Shown: positions 61,751-64,000 of the stretch, piece after piece
How positions within the stretch are numbered: position 1 is the stretch's first letter
Layout: each line of letters opens with the position of its first letter
Source of the DNA: Amoebophrya sp. A120
Lineage: Eukaryota; Protista; Dinoflagellata
Assembly (NCBI GenBank): GCA_905178155.1
Contig: CAJINV010000020.1
Coordinates: forward strand, 434,001 to 498,000
DNA: 64,000 nucleotides
Direction of reading: 5' to 3'
Program-made: the position numbers and the translations under genes
The notes under the pieces: model-generated
What the model was told of the DNA's origin: nothing
Database searches by the model: none
Seen by the model: the letters and a program-made list of their open reading frames with translations, nothing else

Positions 61751-64000
61751 ATGAAAAGAACGGTGTTGAGCTCGGTGCTCGCGCCCAACAGTGGCGCAAC
61801 GACCGCCGGAAGTAGCGGGTCGTCCTCGTCCTCCTCTTCGAGCAGCGCTGCTTCTTCGAAAGAACGCCCGCGAGGAGCGCTGGCGGACAAAGCAGCCAGT
61901 GCGATATCAAATGCAAAAATGTCTGGGTCTGGAAGAATCTAGCTTGTCATGCTAAATCTGAATCATTCAAAAATCTGTGTTGCATGATTACCAAAAGCAG
62001 GCCACTTTTGACCTAATCGAGAGGCAGTTTCTCATGCAGGATAGGCATGATAGAACTCTCACAGAATCTGTCATGCTATGTCCTACATACCAGACCTCAT
62101 GGGTCATGGAGAACCTGCATGACAAGTCTGCATAGCAGTCTGTAGGTCTTGTCGCAGGAGTCAGCATTTTTGTTGCTGCGCTCCTGGTTTGGCTTTCTAT
62201 ATGTTTTGCGAGTAGGAATTGTTGGCTAAGGTTGGCGAAATTTGGCAAAGTGGGATATGTTGGCGTGAAGTGTGTTGGAATCGTGGCCGGGAGATGATGG
62301 TGATGGCACTTCGGTGTCCGCCTGACCTACCTTCCCTGCGTGACAGCCATCTGCGGCCGTTTACAAAGGGGGAGGCAAAGTGTGCCGCACTGCTGTTTAG
62401 CATGACAAGTCTGCATTCTTCCAGACCCAGACATTTTTGCATTTGATATGCGACGAGTTCTTTCAACCTCAGCGCAGACGAGGTGAAAACGTACGGGAGT
62501 CGGTGGTTGAGCGAGATCCCGTATCAAATGCAAATATGTCTGGGTCTGGAAGATTGCGAGATTTGTCATGCTAGTTTGGTATTATTCTGCAGTCTGTATT
62601 GCGTGAGTAGGAAGACGAGCTCCTCTTGTCTGTCATGCAAAGCCGCTCTTTCTCATGCGGAATACGCAACACAGAGCCCCCACGAAAAAACCTGTCATGC
62701 TTGGCGGTGCATTGCAGCGTGCTTACTATTCACCGACATGCATCACAAGTTTCCAGCAGACCCAGACATATTTGCAACGCATATCCCGATCCAGAGGAAG
62801 GGGGTCCTTGGCCGCGGCGGCTGTGCGATTGTGTGGCTCGGAGCCATATGGATTGCAAAAGTGTCTGGGTCTGGAAGATTGCAACTTGTCATGCTCAATC
62901 CGAATCATGCAAAAATCTGTGTTGCATGAGTGCCAAAAGCTGTCCACTTTCGACCAAGATGGGAAGGAGTTTCTCATGCAGGATACTAGGCATGACAGAG
63001 ACCTCGCCGACTTTGTCATGCTAGGTCCCGCATTCCAGACCTCAAGGGTCATGGAAAACCTGCATGACAAGTTTACACTCTTCCAGACCCACACATTTTT
63101 ACATTTGATAAGCCAGTACAGACGGACAGTTATTTGCCGTGAAGCAGGTACAATTCTAAAACAACTGATGATTTTTGTGCGCAAGCAAATTGAGTTTGGT
63201 ATACTGATCTGATCGTCCTTAAAGGCCTTCTTTATCCTCAACGTCATTACAATTTTTTGACGGGCCTTCGCTCTGTTAAGTACTTCGTGACACCACGACG
63301 TCGTTTTGTAGGGCGTTATGCGACTTCTGCTTTATTCTTTGTTCATACATACGTATTTGCAAAAAACTCTTACTGATACTGATAGATACAACGAACTCTA
63401 AGGTGAGCAAAAGCGTATTGCAGCGTGGCGAGCTGGTGCCGCAGACCGGGTCGCAGCTCCGGGGTCTACTGAAAGAAGTGAAAATTCTTCAGAAGCTGGC
63501 TGCTTCTACTTCAAGGAGCAATAAAACATCAAGTTCTACACAATCAGACGGTCAACAGCACGACTACGTATCAGCAGGAACAACCACAGCGAGCTCCTCG
63601 CGGGACGACCATGGAGATCTTCATGACCACCACATCTGTCATCTTAGGGCTTTTGTGGAAAGCCGCAGCGACCTTTGGATCGTGCTGCAGCACGGGGGTG
63701 TGCCCATCAGCCGGGAGCTGTACGAGGTGAAGGGCGAATTCCAGAACAGTGCGCGTGTCTACCGCGTACTGCACGGTCACTTGATGGAAGCTTTGAAACT
63801 ACAGGACCACCATGGAGTACTAGAGGGTAGTTCTTGCTCCTTCCACACGCTGCGCGATTTCTTGCGGCAGCTCTTGTCTGCGTTCGCGTTTCTGGAGAGG
63901 GAAAGAGTCGTGCACGCGGATGTGAAACCTGAGAACGTGCTGATCGACCCAGATATCGCATGCCAATATGTCTGGGTCTGGAAGATTGCGAGACTTGCTA
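61751..64000 (+). CDS. Ser/Thr protein kinase (partial, continues beyond the window)
   Basis: After splicing: VLGRGGCAIVWL, FAVKQ|VSK, LKEVKILQKL and VVHADVKPENVL. Four IEs plus GT-AG intron 63148-63402. Start uncertain. Confidence 0.85.
61905..62448. mobile_element. Introner element, family A with internal insertion (544 bp)
   Basis: Perfect DR tgcga. Extra segment 62134-62399. Confidence 0.9.
62522..62783. mobile_element. Introner element, family A
   Basis: Perfect DR tcccg. Confidence 0.92.
62847..63110. mobile_element. Introner element, family A
   Basis: Perfect DR agcca. Confidence 0.92.
63954..64000. mobile_element. Introner element, family A (left end only)
   Basis: tatcgcatgccaatatgtctgggtctggaag at the window edge. 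Confidence 0.85.

Noticed and set aside
9023-63110. Recurring ORF-track peptides such as CKNVWVWK, KMSGSGR, LPDPDIF and FQTQTFLHLI as a protein family
   Set aside because: They are translations of the family A TIR in different frames.
1-64000. rRNA, tRNA or spliced-leader RNA genes
   Set aside because: None recognised by eye. A covariance-model scan would be needed to exclude them.

Overview
Eukaryotic protist DNA, most consistent with the parasitic dinoflagellate Amoebophrya (Syndiniales). This taxonomy is inferred from the CDPK, the co-oriented genes and the intron architecture. Eleven genes are reconstructed, all on the + strand: an EF-hand protein, an 11-mer-repeat LEA-like protein, a hypothetical protein, PEX12, NIT1, a CDPK, galactokinase, a repeat-domain protein, a GOST/TMEM87-like 7TM protein, a giant (~4400 aa) Cys-rich type I membrane protein and a small GPI-type protein, plus a protein kinase running off the end. 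The dominant feature is about 45 MITE-like insertions of 130-544 bp from several families. They begin TAT and end ATA, carry terminal inverted repeats (TIRs) and are flanked by a 5-bp direct repeat (DR). Of 42 complete copies, 29 have a perfect DR. Removing an element plus 5 nt restores the reading frame and conserved motifs, while no consistent GT/GC-AG or AT-AC ends exist, so they behave as non-canonical introns (introner elements, IEs) alongside ordinary GT-AG introns. The class is already published for Amoebophrya. The window adds mechanistic clues: orientation independence, DR decay with conserved geometry, a cross-family internal motif, a filled/empty site pair and an IE carrying cargo. 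A separate unexplained array of four GC-rich palindromic motifs lies at 21-24.6 kb. All coordinates and splices were read by eye, without RNA evidence.
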